This document shows, piece by piece, positions 10,132 through 19,987 of a stretch of 32,000 nucleotides of DNA. A program made the position numbers and the translations under genes. The DNA is from Raphidiopsis brookii D9 (lineage in GTDB: Bacteria; Cyanobacteriota; Cyanobacteriia; Cyanobacteriales; Nostocaceae), in assembly GCA_000175855.1 (NCBI GenBank), contig ACYB01000035.1, forward strand, positions 360,001-392,000, read 5' to 3'. Within the stretch, counting starts at the first letter, position 1, and each line of letters opens with the position of its first letter. Below the pieces are notes generated by a model. That model was given only the letters and a program-made list of their open reading frames with translations, searched no databases and was not told the DNA's origin.

Positions 10132-10755
10132 GTGCAAATTCCCTCCTTTCCCGAAACCAATCACCCCTTGGTGAGATCCCTATTTGAGCAAACCGATCAA
10201 GAGCTGTTCAACCTGTTTCAGCGTTATCCTGATAGTGGTCGGTATTTCACAGCCATATTTGCTCGTTATCATCCCATAGTTTACACCCTGATTCAACACT
10301 CAGCCAAATCTCCCGTTCAAGCAGACTATTTATTTGCCCTAACTTGGCAACAGATATACTATGAAATGAGAGAACTTTCTCTAGAGCAGCCAATAAACGA
10401 GAAAGAGGGATTAAGCCTGCAAAATTGGTTAATTAACATGACAGCCTTTTGCATTAATCGAATTAGCGTACCACCAGCAGAAGCAATTCACTATTCTCTA
10501 CAAGAAACCTCACCTCCGCTCTGGTGCTATTTACAGCAAGCACTAGATAAACTACCACCTGTTCTACGGGTAGTTTTGTTAATGGCGCGAACCTTCCATT
10601 GGAGTGAGACCCGAATTGCTGCTTATTTACAAGCAGAGGGAGAAAATATTTCCGTAGTACAGGTAAGTGATTTATTACAAAAGAGCTCGGACATGTTAGA
10701 AGAAAAACTAGACCCTGACATTCGGGCCATTTACCTTGAAGACACGAGAAATTAA
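10132..10755 (+). CDS. Sigma-70/ECF-like RNA polymerase sigma factor-related protein
   Basis: LFNLFQRYPDSGRYFTAIFARYHPIVYTLI..., LDKLPPVLRVVLLMARTFHWSETRIAAYLQAEGE resembles sigma region 4. Confidence 0.55.
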   Translation: MQIPSFPETNHPLVRSLFEQTDQELFNLFQRYPDSGRYFTAIFARYHPIVYTLIQHSAKSPVQADYLFALTWQQIYYEMRELSLEQPINEKEGLSLQNWLINMTAFCINRISVPPAEAIHYSLQETSPPLWCYLQQALDKLPPVLRVVLLMARTFHWSETRIAAYLQAEGENISVVQVSDLLQKSSDMLEEKLDPDIRAIYLEDTRN

Positions 10756-10782
10756 GAAATTAATGAAAAATATTAAAAATAA

Positions 10783-12231
10783 TTAGTAAAATTCACTACC
10801 TACAGGTAAGTGAACAACAAAAGTAGTTCCCTGGCCAACAATACTATGAACCTGAATTTCTCCTTGATGTTGCTCTACAATAGTATGGACAATAGCTAAA
10901 CCTAAACCGGATCCAGTCGTAGCATCCCGTTGGGAGCGAGCTGGATCCACACGATAAAATCTATCGAATAGTTTTGGTAAGGATTCCTTAGGAATACCCA
11001 CTCCTGTGTCAATCACTTTAATTTGTAAGCAAGGGCGAGGCATTGTCAAAACTCGTGCCAATTCCACTTGCACTTTTCCTTCCCTGGGAGTGTATTGTAG
11101 GGCGTTACTAATCAAATTAGTGCATAACCTACCTAGTTGATCCCAGTTTCCCATGAGGGTGAACCAGTTTTCCCGTAATATGGAGTCGGTTCCCACTGGA
11201 GGATCCACAAGGATTAAACTAAGGGGAACTTGTTTTTCCGTAGCTACAAGTTCTTGCTCTTCCACCACTTCCATTAACAAAGCATCCATGGGACAGGGTG
11301 AAAACAAGTTAGGACTCATACCATTATCTTGTCTAGCAAGAAACAACAAATCGTTGACCAACCTGCCTAAACGCTGGGTTAATCTTTCAACTAACTGTAA
11401 TTGTTGACGATAATGGGAATAATTGTGTTCATAGTCATGAGCAGTGTAAGAATTTTCCGATTCCAAATCAGCTAATGCAACTTGGACATTGGTTTGAATC
11501 AGCGCTATAGGACTTCTTAACTCGTGGGAAGCATCAGCAGTAAACTGTTTCAACCGTTGATAGGAATCACCCACAGGTTCCATCGCTTTTCCAGACAAAA
11601 ACCAACCACTAGCGCCCACAGAAATTACCATTAACCCTATACCCAAACCTAGATCTACAACCAACTTTCGACTTGGTTTAGTGACTTCAAACCAGGGGTG
11701 ACTGACCCTCAAATAGCCTAAAACATGTCTTCCTATTTCCACTCGATGGGTGACCTGTCGCAGTAATAGCTCTGAGTTACCCCATCCTCCCATCACCTGT
11801 ACAGTTTCGTTGGTGTTCCCACGAATGGGAATGTGTAAGGGTTCGGAAAAGGTGGACCACCTTAATTCACCGGTAGGGGTAAACCATTCTAAATCAATAT
11901 GATCGTCTTCATTTGTACTCGTATTATTGCGAAAACTTGCTTCTATGTTGACACTAACTATGTCTTGTTTAGGTGTTTTAACTCCTTGATACCTTAATTT
12001 TAGTTTACTTGGTTCCAAATTAACTTTTTCAATTACTAATGAGCGCTCTACTACCTCTACCACATGATTTAAAGTGTCATCAATTCTCTCAATTAGTGTG
12101 CTGTGGACATACCAATATACTCCAGTGGCAAACAAAAGTAGTAAAATAGCGGTAATAGCGGTATACCAAAGAGCAAGACGACGACGAGTAGCTTGGAACA
12201 TATACAGTGGATAATGACAAGCAGTTAACAA
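10783..12231 (-). CDS. Two-component sensor histidine kinase (membrane-bound)
   Basis: H-box FTADASHELRSPIALIQTNVQVAL, N-box LCTNLISNALQYT, G boxes VIDTGVGIPKESLPKLFDRFYRVD and GSGLGLAIVHTIVEQHQG, N-terminal TM. Confidence 0.93.
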   Translation of the reverse strand: MLTACHYPLYMFQATRRRLALWYTAITAILLLLFATGVYWYVHSTLIERIDDTLNHVVEVVERSLVIEKVNLEPSKLKLRYQGVKTPKQDIVSVNIEASFRNNTSTNEDDHIDLEWFTPTGELRWSTFSEPLHIPIRGNTNETVQVMGGWGNSELLLRQVTHRVEIGRHVLGYLRVSHPWFEVTKPSRKLVVDLGLGIGLMVISVGASGWFLSGKAMEPVGDSYQRLKQFTADASHELRSPIALIQTNVQVALADLESENSYTAHDYEHNYSHYRQQLQLVERLTQRLGRLVNDLLFLARQDNGMSPNLFSPCPMDALLMEVVEEQELVATEKQVPLSLILVDPPVGTDSILRENWFTLMGNWDQLGRLCTNLISNALQYTPREGKVQVELARVLTMPRPCLQIKVIDTGVGIPKESLPKLFDRFYRVDPARSQRDATTGSGLGLAIVHTIVEQHQGEIQVHSIVGQGTTFVVHLPVGSEFY

Positions 12232-12348
12232 TAACTTTTAACTAGACAAATAATTAGGGGTTCTTAAATTTTTCTTAACCAAAACTTAACATTACAATTT
12301 GATTAATTAACTGGTAACGACATAGCAACATCTACTAGGTGATAGATA

Positions 12349-14548
12349 ATGATGGCCAAACCGAAAAAAAACAATCCTCCAATTGTTAGTTTAGATGAAC
12401 CGATTAATTTAAATGACCCAGAATATTATATTAATAGGGAATTAAGTTGGTTACAGTTTAATAGCAGGGTGTTACATGAGGGATGCGATGAACGCACACC
12501 ACTATTAGAGAGACTCAAATTTCTAGCTATTTTCAGCTCTAACCTGGATGAGTTTTTCATGGTGCGTGTTGCAGGACTAAAGCAGCAGGTGGAAGCAAAA
12601 GTAAATCTTCTTACTCCTGATGGGCGCACACCACAACAACAACTAGATGACATTAGGTTACATTTAAGCCCATTAGTAGCAAAACAGAACCAACAGTTTG
12701 AGGAAATCCTACAACCTTTGTTGTCTAATCAAGGTATTTATATTATCAAATATATGGATATGAATGAGCAACAGAAGTTGTATCTGGATGAATATTTTAA
12801 AGAACAAATATTTCCCGTTCTCACCCCCTTAGCAGTGGATCCCAGTCATCCCTTTCCTTACATTTCTAATCTCAGCTTGAATTTGGCTGTGGTGGTCAAA
12901 AATCCAGAGACAGAAGAAGAATATTTTGCCCGGGTGAAAGTACCAAAAGTTCTACCAAGATTTATCCCCTTACCTTCCGAACTAGCAAGTGATAATGGTA
13001 GACCAATTCACTGGATTGGCGTACCTTTAGAACAGGCGATCGCCCATAATTTAGATCGATTATTTCCGGGGATGAACATTCAAGAATGCCATCCTTTTCG
13101 GATCACTCGAGATGCGGACTTAGAGCTAGAAGAAGATGAAGCAGATGACCTATTACTAGCCATTGAACAAGAACTACGTAAAAGGCGGATGGGTGGGACA
13201 CCGGTGCGATTAGAAATTCAATCACAAACACCGGAAAATTTACGTTCTCGGTTATTAGAAGACCTAGAATTGACTGCCAATGATGTTTACCAAGTAAATG
13301 GTTTACTAGGTTTGAGGGATCTAATGTATTTTATGGGATTATCCTTACCGGAACTGAAAGATCCTCCACGTCAATCAGTGATTCCTTCCCGGTTACAGCG
13401 GTTAAAAGAACCCTGTTTAGATCCCGATGTTTTAGAAACAGAAGATGGAAAAGATTTCTTTTCTGTAATTAGAGAAAAAGATTTATTAGTCCATCATCCC
13501 TACCAATCATTTTCCGGTACAGTAGAGCAATTTATTACCCATGCAGCATGGGATCCTCAAGTGTTAGCGATTAAGATGACATTGTATCGTACTTCTGGGG
13601 ATTCACCCATAGTAAATGCCTTAATTGCTGCAGCTGAAAATGGTAAACAAGTGTCAGTTTTAGTGGAATTAAAAGCCCGTTTTGATGAAGAAAATAATAT
13701 CTACTGGGCTAGACGATTAGAAAAAGTTGGAGTTCATGTAGTTTATGGATTAGCGGGTTTGAAAACCCATAGTAAAATAGTGCTAGTAGTCAGGAGAGAA
13801 AAAGAAAAAATCTGTCGTTACGTCCATATTGGTACAGGTAATTATAACCCAAAAACAGCCAGACTATACACAGACCTGGGATTGTTCAGTTGTCGGGAAG
13901 AACTGGGTGCAGATCTGACCGATGTATTTAACTTCTTAACCGGATATTCTCTGCAAAAAAACTAATCGAGAGATATTAGTTGCTCCGGTGAATATGCGCA
14001 ACCGCTTTTTAGAACTAATTTACAGGGAAATTACCAATGTACAAAATGGATTCTCTGGAAGGATCGTCGCCAAAATGAATGCGTTAGTTGATCCTGAAAT
14101 CATTGCTACCCTATATACCGCGTCCTGTGCAGGGGTGCAAATCGACTTGATAGTTAGAGGTATATGCTGTTTAAGACCTGGAATGAAAAATATTAGTGAT
14201 AATATTCGCATTATGAGTATTATTGGCCGATTTCTAGAACATTCTCGCATTTTTTACTTCCACAACAATGGTCAGGAAGAAATATATATTGGGAGTGCGG
14301 ACTGGATGCGTCGCAATTTAGATCGGAGAGTGGAGGTTATTACACCAATTAGAGACCAAGAAATTGCCAAAGATCTACAAGAAATCCTCGGGATTATGTT
14401 AGCAGATAATCGTCAAGCTTGGGATTTACAACCGGATGGCAATTACACTCAAAGAACACCCAAAGATAACAGTTCAGAAGCTAACTCCCAAACGATTCTT
14501 ATGTCTATGAACCAAAACAATTACCCAAAGCCGCTTATGCAGAATTAA
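12349..14548 (+). pseudogene. ppk: Polyphosphate kinase 1, split by a frameshift into ORFs 12349..13965 and 13988..14548
   Basis: ORF1: NREL[S]WLQFNSRVLHE..., FMVRVAGLKQQV, QVLAIKMTLYRTSGDSPIV, HIGTGNYNPKTARLYTDLGLFS. ORF2: [29 protein letters not shown]. The reading frame is lost at A7 (13955-13961); removing one A restores ...[24 protein letters not shown]. Confidence 0.9.
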
Positions 14549-14604
14549 GAATAATTTTAAGTAAGCTAAAAATAACATCCCCATTTCTATCCTAACTGGA
14601 TAAT

Positions 14605-14787
14605 TTAATTCGTGTTTTCACTTGAAAATACACGATTAAACTCTTCCAGAAGATCATCTAACTCTTCCAAGGCTTGATTTACATCAACCCTAAGAGTGCC
14701 CAAGTTAGGCTGTTCCAGTAACCCTAGTAGGTATTCGCGCTTAGTTTGCACTAGGGAGATTCTTTGCTTTATTGTTTCCAGATCCAT
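14605..14787 (-). CDS. Small hypothetical protein
   Basis: 60 aa ORF in a gap between ppk and the next gene; acidic coiled-coil-like, no recognised family. Confidence 0.45.
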   Translation of the reverse strand: MDLETIKQRISLVQTKREYLLGLLEQPNLGTLRVDVNQALEELDDLLEEFNRVFSSENTN

Positions 14788-14934
14788 AAGTTTTCCTCGT
14801 ATTGTTAAATACTACTAGTTAAATTTATAGCCTATTATGGATTTCCGGAGAAAGCTAAATATGGCAAATCCCAGATAGTGCCCAGATAGTGTAAAATACT
14901 TGCCAATATCAATAAATGATCAGCATCTAAAATC

Positions 14935-15489
14935 ATGTTCGGCAAAATCTCTTTGGGAACACTCGGTTTAACTGTAGGTAGTATATTAACCATTATGGGC
15001 TTTATAGCTTATGGTTTGGATAACGCGACCTTGAATTTGGTAGGGTTTTTTTATGGATTTCCCCTGTTATTAGGTGGTTTGGCACTCAAAGCTAATGAAC
15101 TCCAACCGATACCCTTTAGTGAACCTACCACAGAGTCGGTATTGGAACTCAGGAAGCAGCAAGCTACTATTACCCAAAATAAAATCCGTAAAGATATTAC
15201 AAGATTTTGCTACGGACAACAGGCTCACTTAGATAGAGCCCTTGACTATCTAGGCTTAAATCCCACGGACGAAGAACGCCCTGTAGTCGTTGGTCTGCGA
15301 GAAACTTCCCTTGACGGTTCTTATTGTCTAATTCTAGAGTTTGACTCTCCCCTGATCCCTCTGGATACATGGTTGGAAAAACAAGAGAAAATGACTAAGT
15401 ATTTTGCACCTAATGTTCATGTAAAAATCACTCAGCCAGATGAAGATAAAATTGAATTGGAATTAATTACTACAAACCATTCTAATTAA
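14935..15489 (+). CDS. Conserved membrane protein, DUF2854-like
   Basis: MFGKISLGTLGLTVGSILTIMGFIAYGLDNATLNLVGFFYGFPLLLGGLALKANELQPIPF, recognised as a cyanobacteria/plant conserved family. Confidence 0.65.
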   Translation: MFGKISLGTLGLTVGSILTIMGFIAYGLDNATLNLVGFFYGFPLLLGGLALKANELQPIPFSEPTTESVLELRKQQATITQNKIRKDITRFCYGQQAHLDRALDYLGLNPTDEERPVVVGLRETSLDGSYCLILEFDSPLIPLDTWLEKQEKMTKYFAPNVHVKITQPDEDKIELELITTNHSN

Positions 15490-15507
15490 TCTGATATCAA
15501 GACGCTT

Positions 15508-15777
15508 TTACTTTTCTAATCTAACAGCATACCATTGTAAATATCGCCCTGGTCCCAAATCTAATTCGCAGGTGGTATCAATTAAATGGTTCACCTGTTC
15601 TATTAGGGATCCAATTTTTCTCACATCTAAAGGTATATCTTCTATAGGCATTTGACTTAAAGTATTTTGCAACTTTTCTAACAATTCTAGCTTCGTCAAA
15701 AACTGTTCTTCTTGGTTAGTTTCCAGAACAACAAAATTTTCCTCTTCATACATCAATGGGTGTGGCATAGTTAACAA
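15508..15777 (-). CDS. Small hypothetical protein
   Basis: 89 aa ORF convergent with 14935..15489, no recognised motif. Confidence 0.45.
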   Translation of the reverse strand: MLTMPHPLMYEEENFVVLETNQEEQFLTKLELLEKLQNTLSQMPIEDIPLDVRKIGSLIEQVNHLIDTTCELDLGPGRYLQWYAVRLEK

Positions 15778-15998
15778 ATGATTAAAAAGATTGAGAATAG
15801 CTAAAATGTAGCATGGGTATCATACCACGGTTCTTTAAGATTAAGTCCTTCTATAATCATTTTACCTAAAGGATATCTATAAATAATTCCCTGTATACCC
15901 AAAATTTTATAAAACCAAAAAACCCATTTATACAGACCAATTGCCTGATTTTCTGAAAGCCAATTACTAATATTTGATATTCCCCCCTTCGCGAAAGA

Positions 15999-16194
15999 GC
16001 GATCGCGGTTCCAATTTCTCATCTCTACAGCACCAGAGGATTTGTGGGGATTGAATACTGAATGTGACCATGATATCTCAACAAAGCGATCGCTATTCCT
16101 TCTATCTCCCATTACATCACCACAGGATTTGTGGCAATTGAACACTGGATATGACTATGATATCCCAACAAAGCGATCGCCATTCAGTCCATCT
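15999..16194. repeat. Tandem repeat with exact 87-bp period, each unit anchored on a HIP1 octamer GCGATCGC
   Basis: HIP1 octamers at 15999-16006, 16086-16093 and 16173-16180. Units 1 and 2 align without gaps, about 75% overall and about 87% over the GGATTTGTGG...ATATC.CAACAAAGCGATCGC half. The third copy is partial. Confidence 0.75.
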
Positions 16195-16257
16195 CTACAT
16201 CAAATGTTAAATTTCATTAAATGTGTAACTTAAAAAATCAAAATCTGGTAAAACTAA

Positions 16258-17331
16258 TTGGATGGAAATCACATAAATATAATCAAAAATAATATAAAAG
16301 TGCAACAACAAGTATTAGACTTTAGAAATCAAATTATTTTGGGTGACAATCTATCTATTCTTAAACAAATAGAAAATGATACTTTTGATTTAATCATCAC
16401 TTCACCCCCGTATTTTCAGCAACGTGATTATGGAAATGATAATTTAGGTATAGGTAATGAAACAACTCAAGCAGAATATTTAGAAAATATCTTAACGGTA
16501 TTTTGGGAATGTGTGCGCGTTTTAAAAAAAACAGGAGCAATAGTTTTTAATTTGGGAGATAAATATATTAATGGTAGTTTATCTCTAATTCCTTATAAAT
16601 TTGCCATTCAAGCCACCCAAAATCAAAGTATTTTTCTGATTAATCAAATTATGTGGTCAAAACTAAATCCTACACCACGCCAAGATAAAAGAAAATTAAT
16701 ACAAGCTACAGAGCCTTTCTTTCTATTTGCCAAATCAAAGGATTATTACTTTAATGTAGATAATTATTTACAACATTTAGATACTTTTAATATAGGTATT
16801 AAAAGTAAACCATCTGACAAATTAGGTAAAAAATATCTGGAATTGATTAAAAATTCCGATTTAACCGAAGAGCAGAAAACAAATGCTACTCAAGCATTAA
16901 ATCAAACTATTTTAGCAGTACATAATAGAGAAATTGAAGGATTTAGAATGAAAATTCATGGGATACATAAATTAGCCTATGGTGGACAAGATGGCGGGAG
17001 AAATAATCAAATTAAGAATCATGGTTTTACTATTATTAGAATTTTAGGAAACACCATGAAAAAAGACATTATTGAAAGTCCAGTAGAAATTACTAAAAAT
17101 AATCATCATCCAGCAGTTTATCCTTTATATATTATTCAAGAACTCATTAAATTGTTAACTAAAGAAGGTGATTTTGTTCTTGATCCTTTTTGTGGTAGTG
17201 GTACAACTTGTATCGCAGCTAGAAATTTAAGTAGAAAGTATTTAGGAATTGAAATTAATCCTGATTATGTAAATTTAGCTAATAACCGCATGGAAGAACC
17301 TGATTGTAAACAACAGGAATTATTTATATAA
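16258..17331 (+). CDS. Site-specific DNA methyltransferase, probable N4-cytosine/beta-type architecture
   Basis: Catalytic motif IV DLIITSPPYFQQRDYG near the N-terminus and SAM-binding FVLDPFCGSGTTCIAARNLSRKYLGIEINPDY at the C-terminus. Confidence 0.92.
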   Translation: MDGNHINIIKNNIKVQQQVLDFRNQIILGDNLSILKQIENDTFDLIITSPPYFQQRDYGNDNLGIGNETTQAEYLENILTVFWECVRVLKKTGAIVFNLGDKYINGSLSLIPYKFAIQATQNQSIFLINQIMWSKLNPTPRQDKRKLIQATEPFFLFAKSKDYYFNVDNYLQHLDTFNIGIKSKPSDKLGKKYLELIKNSDLTEEQKTNATQALNQTILAVHNREIEGFRMKIHGIHKLAYGGQDGGRNNQIKNHGFTIIRILGNTMKKDIIESPVEITKNNHHPAVYPLYIIQELIKLLTKEGDFVLDPFCGSGTTCIAARNLSRKYLGIEINPDYVNLANNRMEEPDCKQQELFI

Positions 17332-17730
17332 ATATAATTATAACCGAGAAAAAGAAAGATTATAAAATAAGACTATCAACAAGTTATTAAACTAATTAAA
17401 ATTCAATCTTTTACGAGCGATCGCTATTCACCCTATGTCCCATTACAGCGCCACGGAATTTTTTTCGAGGGGGTCGACTATTGACCATTGGACGTGATAC
17501 CCTGATAATGGGAATCTGTACGCTTTTTTTATGAACTTTCACACCCCATTGTACTCAACCTCTATAATACCATACTTCCACCCCTTCAACCATAAAAAAC
17601 TTATATTAACCCTCTATAAAGATAATTTTTTCTTATTAGTCACCTTTATACACTGGGATGACAAAATTGACGTAGCTATTGCAGTATAACTCTTTGAGCG
17701 ATTTTTATTCTGCTGTGATGAATAATCCAG

Positions 17731-17927
17731 GCTAAACGCAAATTTGGAGACAAACATATCGATAGGGACTTAGAAGCAAGAATTATGGCGTTGAAGATTA
17801 ACGTTATAGCGCTATAGATAGGTTAGAAGAAGAAATACTAGATTTTTTCAGTGTTGAGGATTTAGTGGAGTGGTTAAAAAAGTTAAAACCCTCTAAGTAT
17901 AAACTAACTTTTAGGGGTGATCAATAG
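17731..17927 (+). pseudogene. Frameshifted C-terminal remnant resembling DUF4351 of Rpn/PD-(D/E)XK transposase-like proteins
   Basis: Frame A: AKRKFGDKHIDRDLEARIMALKI. Shifted frame: DRLEEEILDFFSVEDLVEWLKKLKP, then TAG at 17925. Matches the remembered DUF4351 pattern RRFG...L..LEALGEALLDF..V.DLE.WL. Confidence 0.45.
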
Positions 17928-18082
17928 CGATCGCCCTCTGAGTATTCCCCAAAAAAGAAAAGTAACTATTTATAAGTTATATGAAAAAATAATTCGGCAT
18001 TTACCCCATTCTATTATACCATTATGACAGAGTCAACTCCTGTTGATTTCATTTGTATAATAACTCTTGCTGGAGGCTTGGT

Positions 18083-18385
18083 ATGCCGTTAATTGAAGCT
18101 TATGTCTCTGCTTGGCAACGTTCCTTTGAATATGGTGGTCGTTCTAATAGAGCTGATTTTTGGTGGTTTGTACTGGCCAATATTATTGTTAGTTTGATTG
18201 TCGGTCTAATTTCTTCCAGAATTCAGACAGTTTATGCAATAGCTACCATTCTACCATCAATTCCATTATCGGTGCGTCGCCTGCGAGATATTGGTAAGTC
18301 TTGGTTGTGGCTTTTCATTGGGTTAATTCCAATTGTAGGCTCTATTTGGTTAATTGTACTGTACTGCCAACCATCAGTAATCTGA
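18083..18385 (+). CDS. DUF805 family membrane protein (tracked TTG start at 18053; ATG 18083 preceded by GGAGG is preferred)
   Basis: RSFEYGGRSNRADFWWFVL, LPSIPLSVRRLRDIGKSWLWLFIGLIPIVGSIWLIVLYC is a DUF805 signature. Confidence 0.85.
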   Translation: MPLIEAYVSAWQRSFEYGGRSNRADFWWFVLANIIVSLIVGLISSRIQTVYAIATILPSIPLSVRRLRDIGKSWLWLFIGLIPIVGSIWLIVLYCQPSVI

Positions 18386-18411
18386 GCAGTGTAATCTTAT
18401 CTAGCATTACT

Positions 18412-18651
18412 TCATGAATTACGGTGGTGGAAATACTTATGTGTACGCTCTACATGTGTGGACAGGAGGTAAGTACACCACTCCCCCAACTTGCCTACCT
18501 CCATTGCGCCTTTATACTGAAAAACATGGGAATTGGTTAATACAGTGTATGTGTTACCATTCTTGTTGAGAATAACACCTGACCCTTGGTCAGGAGCACT
18601 AAGGCGAACGGTAGGTCTCCATAGCGATCGCCCCAATTTCTTTATCAGCAA
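18412..18651 (-). pseudogene. Fragment of a trypsin-like serine protease
   Basis: TVRLSAPDQGSGVILNKNGNTYTVLTNSHVF contains the His-active-site strand block (here SHV), with no signal peptide and no Asp/Ser-containing remainder. Confidence 0.6.
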
Positions 18652-18843
18652 ATGTTCGTAAAAGGCGATCGCCCTTCTCCTTGCCCCACATTCCTAATTT
18701 GACTATACTTGACATCTTGATCCAACCAATGTAATGTAAAACCGAGGTTAAATGGTTTGCTTGTTTGAGGTAGCTAAAGCTGCCCTGTTATTGTTCTTCC
18801 ACCAGCTAAAGCGTGGTGGTTTCCCAACTCCCGTGAGGTTTAC

Positions 18844-19950
18844 ATGAAATTCTACCTCTACCTCCTAGCTGGCATTAGTTCAGCTCTACTTGGTTGGAAC
18901 ATAGGACAATTTTTCCTAACTGACCTTGGTGTATTTCCACAATATCCAGAAATCACTCTGTTTCCCTGTATAGCTGTTTCCCTGGCCTGTAGTATGGTTA
19001 TGAATGAAATATTCATCAGTAATCCTACCAGACCAAAACGCAGTTTTCAGACTGCCCAACGACCTCTGTTAATTGCCACGGGATTAGGTATTATTTCTGG
19101 CTTGGTAGCTGGTATTATTTCGCAGATTCTGTTTTTGCCAATTATTCGTGTACCTACTCCAATTGTCAGAACTTTGGGATGGTTGTTAATTGGTGCTTCC
19201 GTGGGTCTGGCGGAAGGTTTGACTTGGCGTTGGTATAGCATGGAAGCATTGGGGAAAAAACGCCTGCAACAAAGATTGAGAATTAGTGTTCTTGCTGGAA
19301 GTGGAGCAAGTTTGATCGCAGCAGGTTTATTTGAAGCATTCCGTCTGGGTTTGGGCAGGATGCCAGCAAATTTTAAGAGTGTGGAGGATATCATTGGTTT
19401 CAGTATTTTAGGTTTATTATTGGGTGCTGTTTTTAGTGTGACTAATTCTCCTAGTTATATTGCCGCTTTACGAGCAGGTAAGGGTTTTGAATACAAGTCT
19501 TTTAAAGAAGATATCCCAGATAATTTGGGAGCAAGTTTGGAAGCAAATTATGCATTGATTAATACTAAACATCTGTCATTTGTTAACAATATGGAAGCAA
19601 TGAATGATGTTAAGCACCTGGATGAGATTCAAGAAGGTTTATCTATTCAGTTACCTGCTAGGGGAAAAATTAGAATAGGTTCTGATCTGGTCAATACAGA
19701 TATTACCATTCCTGGATTACCTCCCCACATTGCCGATATTCAAATACAAAAAAGAACTGCTAGTTTGATTCCTGATAGTCAGTTTTTCAATGCGATCGCA
19801 CTGAATGGCAGTCAACTGAAACATCCCCGTGAAGTTCCTTTACGGCATAATTATGTCTTGACGTTATATGTGGTTGACCAAGAAGGTAACAAACAGGAGA
19901 AATATTATCGGTTTGTCTATTACAATCGGTTTCTTGACCCCCAGGCGTAA
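18844..19950 (+). CDS. Polytopic membrane protein with C-terminal FHA-like beta domain
   Basis: About 6 N-terminal hydrophobic segments, then GKIRIGSDLVNTDITIPGLPPHIADIQIQKR...FFNAIALNGSQL, which resembles an FHA core (G.I.IGS....DI.IPG...HA.I...LNG). Confidence 0.5.
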   Translation: MKFYLYLLAGISSALLGWNIGQFFLTDLGVFPQYPEITLFPCIAVSLACSMVMNEIFISNPTRPKRSFQTAQRPLLIATGLGIISGLVAGIISQILFLPIIRVPTPIVRTLGWLLIGASVGLAEGLTWRWYSMEALGKKRLQQRLRISVLAGSGASLIAAGLFEAFRLGLGRMPANFKSVEDIIGFSILGLLLGAVFSVTNSPSYIAALRAGKGFEYKSFKEDIPDNLGASLEANYALINTKHLSFVNNMEAMNDVKHLDEIQEGLSIQLPARGKIRIGSDLVNTDITIPGLPPHIADIQIQKRTASLIPDSQFFNAIALNGSQLKHPREVPLRHNYVLTLYVVDQEGNKQEKYYRFVYYNRFLDPQA

Positions 19951-19987
19951 CTGAGGATCCCTAATCAAATTACAATTCGCAGGTATA

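Noticed and set aside
13954-13962. Programmed -1 frameshifting on A_AAA_AAC in ppk
   Set aside because: The -1 frame reads CTA ATC GAG AGA TAT TAG and stops. The downstream ppk frame is +1, so simple -1 frameshifting cannot make full-length PPK.
16008-16020. 13-nt exact match (GTTCCAATTTCTC) to the start of the CRISPR repeat at 21755 and the idea that the 87-bp array is a CRISPR
   Set aside because: Similarity covers only a third of the repeat and occurs in one unit. The whole 87-bp unit is conserved rather than alternating repeat and unique spacer.
15801-16145. Minus-strand ORF 15801..16145
   Set aside because: Largely created by the 87-bp repeat, whose period is a multiple of 3, plus adjacent low-complexity DNA. 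No recognised domain; not called as CDS.
16042-16233. Plus-strand ORF 16042..16233
   Set aside because: Translation of the same 87-bp repeat on the opposite strand; no independent coding evidence.
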